DNA of 64,000 nt from Coraliomargarita sp. (GTDB lineage: Bacteria; Verrucomicrobiota; Verrucomicrobiia; Opitutales; Coraliomargaritaceae): assembly GCA_965216325.1 (NCBI GenBank), contig OZ244160.1:640001-704000 (forward strand). The letters are read 5' to 3'. Below are positions 56,121-64,000 of this stretch, piece by piece. Under the pieces are notes generated by a model. It ran no database searches and was not told the DNA's origin. It saw only the letters and a list, made by a program, of their open reading frames with translations. A program made the position numbers and the translations under genes. The first letter of the stretch is position 1. Every line of letters begins with the position of its first letter.

Positions 56121-56855
56121 CTACTTCGAGTCGTCAGAATACCTGCGTTGTTCCCGTTCGAGGAGTTCCTGATAGACGCGGTTCGCTCGCTCAAGTGCGG
56201 GTTGCACCGGAGCTGAAGCGAGTATTGAGCGCATCGCATCCTTGATCGCATTGCGCTGAGGGTTGGGGGAGAGGTGAAAGCCTCCTTTATCGAAGAGCTG
56301 TACGTCGTTTTCTTGGCTGTTGTGGTAGAGAGTGAATGCTGTGTTGTGCTGCTGGTTGATACGCTGAATGATACGCTCGTAGTGGTTCGTTACGATAGAG
56401 AACTCTGCGATGACAACTGAATCATACACCGTCAGCGTGTCGCGGTAAAAGCGTTCATAGGCCTCGAGGTTGGCAATGATGGTCTGAGTGGCTTCTTCAG
56501 TTGAAATGTCGTCCGCATTCACAGCGGTAATCTCATAGTCTAAAGCAACAAGGGAGAGGCAGGCATCCGCAGGTACGCGCAACAGCACCATTGTTGGGAT
56601 CCCGAGCTTTACCGAATGGCGGACTTGAGCAGCAGAGTGCACATGCGTCGCGATGCGAAGTTTCTCCGGCTGTGCCGCGATGAAAGCCGCACGCGCAAAG
56701 CTGTTTCCAGAGCGAGGAAAGCCTTCGATGGTGATGTCGGTGTCGGAGCAGACGATCCAACGTTGGGACCAGTGCCCGGTTCGCTTGAGACGCAGCAGCG
56801 TTAGATAGAGTTGAGGGCTACGCTCAAGAAGTGCTTTGATTTTCGCTTTGAGCAT
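56121..56855 (-). CDS. Sulfotransferase-like P-loop protein
   Basis: IEGFPRSGNSF (5'-PSB-like) and LLRVPADACLS (3'-PB-like). Confidence 0.6.
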   Translation of the reverse strand: MLKAKIKALLERSPQLYLTLLRLKRTGHWSQRWIVCSDTDITIEGFPRSGNSFARAAFIAAQPEKLRIATHVHSAAQVRHSVKLGIPTMVLLRVPADACLSLVALDYEITAVNADDISTEEATQTIIANLEAYERFYRDTLTVYDSVVIAEFSIVTNHYERIIQRINQQHNTAFTLYHNSQENDVQLFDKGGFHLSPNPQRNAIKDAMRSILASAPVQPALERANRVYQELLEREQRRYSDDSK

Positions 56856-58176
56856 GAGTGTTGGTAGGTGTCAGTTTGTATTCTTTTGGAACACGCATTG
56901 CGGCGATTGTCAGGCCAATGCCCATCACCGTAAAGCCGTTAATCGTCGGTTGTCCCATTTGCCCAACGAAGAGATTATACGCGGTAGCAGAGAGAAGGAT
57001 CAGGCCAAGCCCATGGCCAGTCCGTAAGGAGCGCAGAGAGTAGTGGAATAGTTTTATACCAATCCATAAACGCCAGAATATATACAGCGAGCCCAAGATG
57101 ATGCCGCCTTCTCCGATCAAGCGATACCATTCACTTTCGCCCAGATAAAACCCCTTTTTGCCAGTTAGGATTTGGCCGCCGATTTGCGTGCCGGCTCCAA
57201 GTCCTTCACCGAGGATGGAAACATCGTCGTTCTCGATAAATGGTCCGACGAATTCGCGGGCAATCCGCCATACAATCATGGTTTGCACGCCTCCTTTGTC
57301 TTCACGGGTGGAACGTTCCCAGCGGTGCAGGAAGGCCTCTTTGGCTTCTTCGAATACGGTGAATTGGCTAGCGATCATCAGGCCGGCACCTGCGAGTAGG
57401 GCGATGCGGAAGTAGCGGGCGAGCATGTGCTTTTGGAAGGCCGATGCGCAAATGCCTGTGAGTGCAGTCACCGCCGCAGCCAGAATCAGTGAGCGACTAA
57501 TCGATACTGGGATCGCCAAACATAAGGCAATCGAACTGAGGGTGAGCAGTGTGCGCGAATAGAAGCGATATTGCGTCAGGCCTGCTGCCAAAAATGCGGT
57601 CGAGAACGTGTAAAACCAAACGATGCCCACGATGAAACTAAAGGTTCCCGGTGGACGATATTTCCCGAGTGCACCACTGAAACCGCCTCCCTCCATGCCG
57701 CCTGGGGCTTTATTGATCCAGGCGGATTGTGTTGAGTAAAACTGCAGCACCAACAGAGCGGTCATGAGCAGTGTGCCCCAGAGCCACCAGCGTCCAATCT
57801 TGATGACGTCTTTAAAATTAAAGCTTTGCCCAATAATAAAGGCGAAGGGGATATGCCAAAAGTTGGCTCTGAAGCCGTAAGCGACTACGAAGGGGTTGCC
57901 GTGTCCAAAGAGGAATGCCGTCAGCGATGCGACGACCATTAAGGCAAAACCGGTAATGACGTATCGGTTGAAGGGGAAGCGATTATTGGTGAGCGCAATG
58001 AAATAGGCTAGCAGGACGATTGGCTCACGAATCAACAGGAGTGGGTTCGAGAGACCCGGAAGCACCCATTTGCGGAGCGCGCCTTCCAATACCAATAAGA
58101 TCATATAGGCATAACAAAGATACTGCAGTTGCTTGTCTGCGTCCTTTAGGAACCCTTTTATGGCGGCTGTAGGCAT
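56824..58176 (-). CDS. Wzy-like polysaccharide polymerase
   Basis: Multi-TM protein; EGALRKW, RPPGTFSF, SISRS and GEGLGAG periplasmic loop. Confidence 0.7.
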   Translation of the reverse strand: MPTAAIKGFLKDADKQLQYLCYAYMILLVLEGALRKWVLPGLSNPLLLIREPIVLLAYFIALTNNRFPFNRYVITGFALMVVASLTAFLFGHGNPFVVAYGFRANFWHIPFAFIIGQSFNFKDVIKIGRWWLWGTLLMTALLVLQFYSTQSAWINKAPGGMEGGGFSGALGKYRPPGTFSFIVGIVWFYTFSTAFLAAGLTQYRFYSRTLLTLSSIALCLAIPVSISRSLILAAAVTALTGICASAFQKHMLARYFRIALLAGAGLMIASQFTVFEEAKEAFLHRWERSTREDKGGVQTMIVWRIAREFVGPFIENDDVSILGEGLGAGTQIGGQILTGKKGFYLGESEWYRLIGEGGIILGSLYIFWRLWIGIKLFHYSLRSLRTGHGLGLILLSATAYNLFVGQMGQPTINGFTVMGIGLTIAAMRVPKEYKLTPTNTHAQSENQSTS

Positions 58177-59289
58177 CTAGGCAGTATGATTCAAATCGTG
58201 GATAAATTGATCCGCAACAGTTGGTAGCTGTGGATTGGCTGATTCGCGCGCGGGTTCGCGGAAGAGCTGAATTAGGCGCTCCTCGGAATCGAAAAAACTA
58301 TAGAGCTGATTAGAGGCATTCGCTGCCGGTTTGAAGCGCTTTGAGATGGGTTCAGTGATCGTGCAAATGACCGGTAGGCCGTGTTCAGTCATTGCCGCGA
58401 CCGCACCGCTCTTTCCGGCGAGTGCAATGTGTGCCGAACTGATGCCGATGTCTGCCGCATGCATATACTTTGAAAGTGTGGCTTCATCTTGGGGACCGAG
58501 TCGTTCACAGCTCCAGTTTCTAGAGGCACAGAAGGTTTGAATTTGTGGCCAGTGCGGATTGCCCGCGTGTAGCTTACCGATCTGTATGAGTCGCAGTGAT
58601 ACCCCGGCTTTCTTTGACAGTGAATCGAGTTGCTCGAGCGTTTCTTGGACATTCCAGTCGTGCCGCTGGCTAAAGGGAAACAACAGTGTGCGTAGATTTT
58701 CGTCTGAGGGACTGGATGTGTCCGGCTTCCCTGTAATGGGGATGTTGCTAAACAGTGGCAGAATGGTTGATGCGTAGTTGTGTTGTTTGAGAATGAATTG
58801 GTAGAGCAGATTGCTGGTGTGGATTCGATCACTGTGCCAAAGTTTCAGTGCCTTCAGCATCAGGTGGCGTTGAATTAAGCCCATTACTTTATGTTTGAAC
58901 GGCAGAGAGGGTTGCTCCCCAACCCATAGCTCGTGGAACATGATGTGTAGCTTCGAGGCTCTACGGACATCCTGAATAAATGGGCTGAGTTTATGAATGA
59001 ATCCCTTCGGGTGAAAGCCGAAGCAGACGAATTGGAGGCTAATCCAATCCGGTTTCCAGTTCGTGATGCTGTTCGACACGGCTGCTGATTTTCCGGGGTT
59101 GTTCAGCACCTGCGTATTTCGAAGAATCTGTAGATGGTCTGTTACATCATTAGAGTCTTCGCTATCATTGATTGCCACGAGCTGGCATTGATGGCCGCTT
59201 TGGCTAAGCTTTTGTGCGAGCGCTCGGGTATAATCTCCCACGCCATCATGCCCGGGATTCAGGGAGCCACATATAAAGGTGATTTTCAT
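58177..59289 (-). CDS. GT-B fold glycosyltransferase (GT4-like)
   Basis: DGVGDYT, MFHELW, FSNI and KSGAVAAMTEHGLPV. Confidence 0.75.
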   Translation of the reverse strand: MKITFICGSLNPGHDGVGDYTRALAQKLSQSGHQCQLVAINDSEDSNDVTDHLQILRNTQVLNNPGKSAAVSNSITNWKPDWISLQFVCFGFHPKGFIHKLSPFIQDVRRASKLHIMFHELWVGEQPSLPFKHKVMGLIQRHLMLKALKLWHSDRIHTSNLLYQFILKQHNYASTILPLFSNIPITGKPDTSSPSDENLRTLLFPFSQRHDWNVQETLEQLDSLSKKAGVSLRLIQIGKLHAGNPHWPQIQTFCASRNWSCERLGPQDEATLSKYMHAADIGISSAHIALAGKSGAVAAMTEHGLPVICTITEPISKRFKPAANASNQLYSFFDSEERLIQLFREPARESANPQLPTVADQFIHDLNHTA

Positions 59290-60509
59290 TCCGAGCTCAG
59301 TGCGTGAACGGCTGCGACGAGTTGCGTTTGATAGTTCGCCCAGGTTATTTCAGCCGCACGCTTGAGCGCATGCTCCTTCATTGCATGCAAGCGGTCGCGG
59401 TCTTGATCGAGAGCTTCGAGCGCATTACAGATAGCCTCTGAATCTCTGATAGGTGTAATGATGCCTTCCTTGCCATCTTCGATAATGTCGGGAGCGCAGG
59501 TATGTGGGGTCGCGATTATAGGAAGCCCTTGAGACAGTGCTTCGGTCATTACGAGCCCAAATCCCTCAAATAGGGAAGGGAAAACAAACACGTCCTGTTG
59601 ATGCATCAACTCAAGGATTTCCGAATGGGGTAGGCTATCGATCCATCGATAGCGCGGTAATGCGGTATCAAGGGGTTTACACTCACCAACACGCTTGCCG
59701 ACGATCGTGAGCTCAATCGCATTGCCGAGCCGCTCCGCTGCTTCGAGTAAATAGGCGAGCCCCTTACGTTGTGTCAGGCCGCCGACATAAAGCACTTTTA
59801 GAGGCTTATCGGATGATGTCGGTGGGCACTGGTCTGCCAGTTTACTCGGGCAGCCGTAAGGAATGATGGATGGTTTGGGGAGCTCGAAGGGTGCCTCCTT
59901 TAGGGTGTCGGCTGTAAACTGGCTGGCGACGATGATCGCATCGGATAGCTGAAGCTCCTGATCTTTGCGTTCCAATTTGGGTGCACTGTCTCGAAGCGCA
60001 GGCATTGTCGCAGCCCATTCGGGCTGCCGCTCAGCTTCTTCAGTTTGGATTCTACGCGCAGACCGCCAGTAGCCGATCGGCAGGTCATAGATGCAACGAA
60101 GCCCTTTTTTGTGGGCTATTTGGAAACTGTCCAGGGCACCATCCTCATAGGCGTAGATCGCCTTTAGTTCCGCATTTGCAGTGTTGAGAACGCGGGCAAC
60201 TTTTTGATCCAGACTATGGTAGATCTTGTCGACCGAGAGGGCACCGGTCTCATGTGTTCGTAGTGCAGGAAGACAGTTCAGCTTTTGGGTGAACAGGCGT
60301 AGCAATTCACGCGCTGGTTGTGTTCTGATCTTCGTATTCGGGATCGCACAGTAACGCTGTTGGTATAGCTTTCGCGCGAGGGCGCTGGTTGAGTTATCAC
60401 CGACTGCGATGCAGGTGTGGAATTCTTGCAGCAGTCCATGTTGGTGAAATGCCTCGGCCGCCGCACGCGAGAATGTGTTTCCAGTTGGATGTGAGAGGAG
60501 AATGCTCAT
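59286..60509 (-). CDS. GT4 glycosyltransferase
   Basis: VGGLTQRKG and FPSLFEGFGLVMTEA. Confidence 0.92.
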   Translation of the reverse strand: MSILLSHPTGNTFSRAAAEAFHQHGLLQEFHTCIAVGDNSTSALARKLYQQRYCAIPNTKIRTQPARELLRLFTQKLNCLPALRTHETGALSVDKIYHSLDQKVARVLNTANAELKAIYAYEDGALDSFQIAHKKGLRCIYDLPIGYWRSARRIQTEEAERQPEWAATMPALRDSAPKLERKDQELQLSDAIIVASQFTADTLKEAPFELPKPSIIPYGCPSKLADQCPPTSSDKPLKVLYVGGLTQRKGLAYLLEAAERLGNAIELTIVGKRVGECKPLDTALPRYRWIDSLPHSEILELMHQQDVFVFPSLFEGFGLVMTEALSQGLPIIATPHTCAPDIIEDGKEGIITPIRDSEAICNALEALDQDRDRLHAMKEHALKRAAEITWANYQTQLVAAVHALSSE

Positions 60510-61261
60510 GAGCTTCTAGGCATCTCGGTGCCCCATTGATTCAGTAGTGCACGCAAATGTCGGGCCCTCCAGTAGCGAGGAAAGAAGTCCTTCGGGTTTT
60601 GTAAAATGCGAAGCAGCCAGCCGATGTATATGCGGTCCGCCCAAGTTGGGATACTTGCTTGCTGCCCGGTCAGAAACGCGATGGCTGCGCCGATGCAGAT
60701 GATGCTTGGTTCGTAGTCGAGCTTGTCACGCAGCCAGTGGCCGAGCACTTCCTGTTTACCTCCAGCGATGGCTAGAATGACATAATCGGGGCGACGCTCG
60801 CGGATTATTGTGAGCAGTTCGTTATCTTCGATCGGAAAGTCTTGGTAGAAGGGCGCTTGGTAGAAGTGGTTCTCCTCAACTTCGATCTCTTGGCTGCGTA
60901 GATAACTGGCGGTTGCCGTTTGATGCTCTTGATTCGGGACAACCCATAGCTGACGGGAGTTTTGTTTGAATGCCGGCATGTCGATCAGCGCCTTAATGAA
61001 TTTCAGGCCAGAGTGACGTTGCAAAGCTTTCCCTGTGCGCTGCTTCCACAGCAGGGCTAAGTAACCGCTGTCGATTAGGTTGATGTCAGCGTTTTGAACG
61101 GCCGAATCATAGTGTGGGTTTTGTCCGAGTTCCGCGAGTCCGGGACCGGATGGAGCCAGGAATAGACCGCCTTGGTTACGTGCTATGTCCAATGCAAGGT
61201 CCAAGCTGTCATCATAGAAGTCGATGCCGAGAATACGTGTTGTCTGAAAAGGGGCTTCCAT
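60506..61261 (-). CDS. WecB/TagA/CpsF (GT26) glycosyltransferase
   Basis: DSG, AIAGGKQE, IGAAIAF, WLLRI and RY. Confidence 0.85.
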   Translation of the reverse strand: MEAPFQTTRILGIDFYDDSLDLALDIARNQGGLFLAPSGPGLAELGQNPHYDSAVQNADINLIDSGYLALLWKQRTGKALQRHSGLKFIKALIDMPAFKQNSRQLWVVPNQEHQTATASYLRSQEIEVEENHFYQAPFYQDFPIEDNELLTIIRERRPDYVILAIAGGKQEVLGHWLRDKLDYEPSIICIGAAIAFLTGQQASIPTWADRIYIGWLLRILQNPKDFFPRYWRARHLRALLNQWGTEMPRSS

Positions 61262-61284
61262 ATGCAAGAGCGTGCGATTCGCAC

Positions 61285-61827
61285 TTAGCCGCCTTCGGGG
61301 GCTAGAAGTATGTCGTCTGCACTGACTGCCACGGTGATTTCCTGACCGAGGAATTCGAGTAAAATTTGTATTCGGTTGTCTGCGGGGAGTTGTGCGATGA
61401 CCTCGCCATTGAGGCCCTTTAGGCTTCCGGAAACAAATTCGATGCGTGCGCCTGGCTCAATACTGGGATCGGGGGCCTCGATTACACCTTCGGGTAGACT
61501 GCTACGTAAGCCTTCAATCAAGCTTTCTGGAATCGCACTACGGTTGCCGTGTTTGACTAAGTAAGTGACGCCTTGGGTATGAATGACGCGACGATAGTGC
61601 TCACTTAGCGAGAAACGTGCGAACAAATAGCCAGGGAAGAGGGCTTCAATAAAGCGTTTTTTGCCCGCTCTGGTTTTTTTGATTTGTTGGATTCGCGGGC
61701 AGAAGACTTCGATACCATCGATCTTATCCAGCATTGCCGCTGCGATATGCTCACGCTTGATTTGAGCCTTCAGGCAAAACCAATCCGTCGGAGGGCTCGG
61801 TGTATCTTCAGTTGTGTGCGACGTCAT
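61285..61827 (-). CDS. NusG paralogue (RfaH/UpxY/LoaP-like antiterminator)
   Basis: WFCL...KRE, LFPGYLF, TQGV and KOW domain (GSLKGLNG...RIQILLEFLG); first gene of the EPS operon. Confidence 0.88.
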   Translation of the reverse strand: MTSHTTEDTPSPPTDWFCLKAQIKREHIAAAMLDKIDGIEVFCPRIQQIKKTRAGKKRFIEALFPGYLFARFSLSEHYRRVIHTQGVTYLVKHGNRSAIPESLIEGLRSSLPEGVIEAPDPSIEPGARIEFVSGSLKGLNGEVIAQLPADNRIQILLEFLGQEITVAVSADDILLAPEGG

Positions 61828-61958
61828 GTCGTGGATTAAGCTAGTCAGAGGTTCGGTGCTTACAATGGTAAAGGATACGCTCACGAATATTGCAACGGTT
61901 CGCTTTATTTTCTTGGGTATGTTAAAGTATGCGTTAGCGATAACAGTAACCCTCTCTT

Positions 61959-63380
61959 ATGATCGCCAATCGTTCCCAAGGCCTGCGTGTATTGAGCCAC
62001 TCTCTTGTGGTGGTTTACATGCTGCTGTTATTTTGCCTGTTGTTTGCAATCAGTGTGTTTGGTTTCGAACGCATTCGCTCTGATCTGATCAATTTCTACC
62101 TGTATTTACTTGGGGTATCGCTCGCGGGAATTTTATCATTCCGCCATCAGCAGTCCGAATCGAGTGATACCACGTTGACTTCCTTTCGCTGGGTTCGCGC
62201 AATCAGGCAGTCGAATCGGCAAGTGCTCATTCTGTCTTTGCTACTCTTTGCGATTGTATTCTCGACTAAGGATAAGGCAATCAGCCGTATCTTTCTTGGG
62301 TCCTTTCTAGCGATTTATTGGCTAACCGCGATACCGTTGAATCCGTATACTCCGGATTGGGTGGCGCGGATTGCATTTCGTCGCAAGGATTCGGTTCGCA
62401 CCGTGTTTTTGGGAAGTGCCAAATCGGCGCATCAACTTGAAGGCTGGGCGGCACGCCAACCTTTTTTCGGTATCGATGTGCTCGGAGTCATTACTTACGA
62501 AATGGCCGCAGCATCGACTACTTTAAAGATGCCGATTCTCGGTGAATTCATGGAGTTGCCCGAACTGATTCGTGAGCACAATGTCGACCAGGTGGTGTTG
62601 CTGGAGACTCGGAATTCGGATTGGTGGGTCGATACGGTGGTTGAGATCTGCGAGAAAGAAGGCTGTCGTATCCTCATTTATAACCCGTGGGAACAATATT
62701 TTGACCAGGAGTTACTTCCAGTCCATCAGGGCGGTCATACCTTTTTCAGCATTCAAGAAGAGCCGTTAGAAAATCCCATTAATCGTGTGATCAAGCGAAG
62801 TATGGACCTGTTTGTGTCCGTGCCTGTTGTGCTGCTTGTTTTACCTTGGATGTGTTTCTTGGTTTGGTTGATGCAGCGCAGGCAGTCTCCGGGGCCCTTG
62901 TTTTTTAAACAGGAACGCAGCGGTCAGAATGGACGAAGCTTTACGATTCTTAAATTTCGTTCCATGCACTACGAAGCTCCAGAGGTGGCCGACGAGGCGA
63001 AGCAGGCTCAAGTCGGCGACACACGCATCTTTAGCTTCGGAGCATTCATACGTAAAACCAGTATCGATGAATTTCCACAGTTTCTCAATGTGTTGAAGGG
63101 CAATATGAGTGCCATCGGACCGCGTCCACACCTCATGCAGCACGACGATGTGTTTAGCGAGCAGGTGAATATTTATCGCACCCGCCATTTTGTGAAACCC
63201 GGTATCACAGGCCTCGCGCAGTGCAAAGGCTTTCGCGGCGAGGTGACGGACAAACAGTTGATCGAAGAGCGAGTGCGGTATGATTTGCAGTATATCCGCG
63301 GCTGGTCGTTCTGGTTGGATATTTGGATCCTGCTAAAGACTCTGTCACAGATCGTTTTCCCGCCGAAGACGGCCTATTAA
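61959..63380 (+). CDS. wcaJ: WcaJ-type polyprenyl-phosphate hexose-1-phosphate transferase
   Basis: [34 protein letters not shown] and DLQYI. Confidence 0.92.
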   Translation: MIANRSQGLRVLSHSLVVVYMLLLFCLLFAISVFGFERIRSDLINFYLYLLGVSLAGILSFRHQQSESSDTTLTSFRWVRAIRQSNRQVLILSLLLFAIVFSTKDKAISRIFLGSFLAIYWLTAIPLNPYTPDWVARIAFRRKDSVRTVFLGSAKSAHQLEGWAARQPFFGIDVLGVITYEMAAASTTLKMPILGEFMELPELIREHNVDQVVLLETRNSDWWVDTVVEICEKEGCRILIYNPWEQYFDQELLPVHQGGHTFFSIQEEPLENPINRVIKRSMDLFVSVPVVLLVLPWMCFLVWLMQRRQSPGPLFFKQERSGQNGRSFTILKFRSMHYEAPEVADEAKQAQVGDTRIFSFGAFIRKTSIDEFPQFLNVLKGNMSAIGPRPHLMQHDDVFSEQVNIYRTRHFVKPGITGLAQCKGFRGEVTDKQLIEERVRYDLQYIRGWSFWLDIWILLKTLSQIVFPPKTAY

Positions 63381-64000
63381 TTAGCGCCCACGGCCACTTC
63401 CGGGATGGCCTCGGCCCCATGCACGTGCCTTGCTCAAGCGCTCTTTGTCCTCATCGCTGAAGTCGCTGTCATCGAGGTAGCCTTGGAAGCCATCGGGGTC
63501 TTGCTGTTTCCAGTTTGCGGCAACCTGTTCGGTCATACGCAGGCGCATGCGTTCGTTGTTGATCGATTCGGCCCAAGTAATTGCTGACTGTGGGTCTTCT
63601 TGTGCCGCGCGGAAGGTGTAGCTTGCGACCGCCCAGTCGAGTTCTGGAGAGGCGGGGAGCGAGTTGAGCCACTCAGCTGAAGCGCTCAGGTCATAACGTG
63701 CCCATTCACGGATGATTTCAGCGCTTGCGCGTCCGACGACTGGGTCACCTTCCGGCAAGGCACTCAGCCATGCGGCGGCAGCGGCTGGATCGCTGAGCGC
63801 CCATTCGTTGATGAGGGCGTTCTTGAGACTGCTAGGGGCGTCTTCTCCGAGCGAGAGCACATAGTCTGCTGCGTTTTTCGGATCAAACCGTGCCCACTCG
63901 CCGACCATCTCGCGCATGAGATCGTTTTTGATGTCGCCATCTGGTAGCTGCTCGATCGTCTGTTTGGCAATGAAGAGCTCGCCGTTGCGGATCTGCGTTT
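63381..64000 (-). CDS. Hypothetical helical-repeat protein (5' end beyond the window)
   Basis: WA..DP.AA..W repeats; reading frame open up to the window end. Confidence 0.7.
   Translation of the reverse strand, partial: TQIRNGELFIAKQTIEQLPDGDIKNDLMREMVGEWARFDPKNAADYVLSLGEDAPSSLKNALINEWALSDPAAAAAWLSALPEGDPVVGRASAEIIREWARYDLSASAEWLNSLPASPELDWAVASYTFRAAQEDPQSAITWAESINNERMRLRMTEQVAANWKQQDPDGFQGYLDDSDFSDEDKERLSKARAWGRGHPGSGRGR

Noticed and set aside
61280..61293. ops-like GGCGGCTAAGTG (minus strand) at the end of the NusG paralogue
   Set aside because: It does not match GGCGGTAG and is explained by the Gly-Gly-stop codons.

Overview
Chromosomal window of about 54% GC (estimated by eye). Gene content suggests a Verrucomicrobiota (Opitutia, Coraliomargarita-like) bacterium; this is an inference. 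Left to right it holds: (1) a type II secretion operon (gspG-H-I-J-K-L-M-D, minus strand, gspD cut by the edge); (2) a cation antiporter and gpmI; (3) a minus-strand block of an orphan ADP-ribosyltransferase-like gene, two histidine kinases and a TonB-dependent receptor; (4) a TroABCD-type metal ABC transporter whose permease is fused to a DtxR-like domain; (5) ppc and rho; (6) an 8-gene fatty-acid modification cluster; (7) tRNA-Leu with an AAG anticodon; (8) housekeeping genes, oleC-oleD and a large secreted multidomain protein; (9) a Wzx/Wzy exopolysaccharide locus with its own NusG paralogue. No CRISPR array, IS element or prophage was seen. Five observations stand out. GTAG-REP doublets sit inside the translated leader peptides of three adjacent pseudopilin genes, and all three leaders are 46 aa. 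An ECF-type promoter motif, GTAAG-N16/17-CG(T/A)(T/A), precedes all four transcription units of the lipid cluster. The orphan protein has an R-S-E ADP-ribosyltransferase fold with an unusual T-x-E loop. The tRNA-Leu carries a rare A34. The permease-repressor fusion has a candidate palindromic operator abutting the operon start. All calls come from reading motifs by eye; no searches were run.
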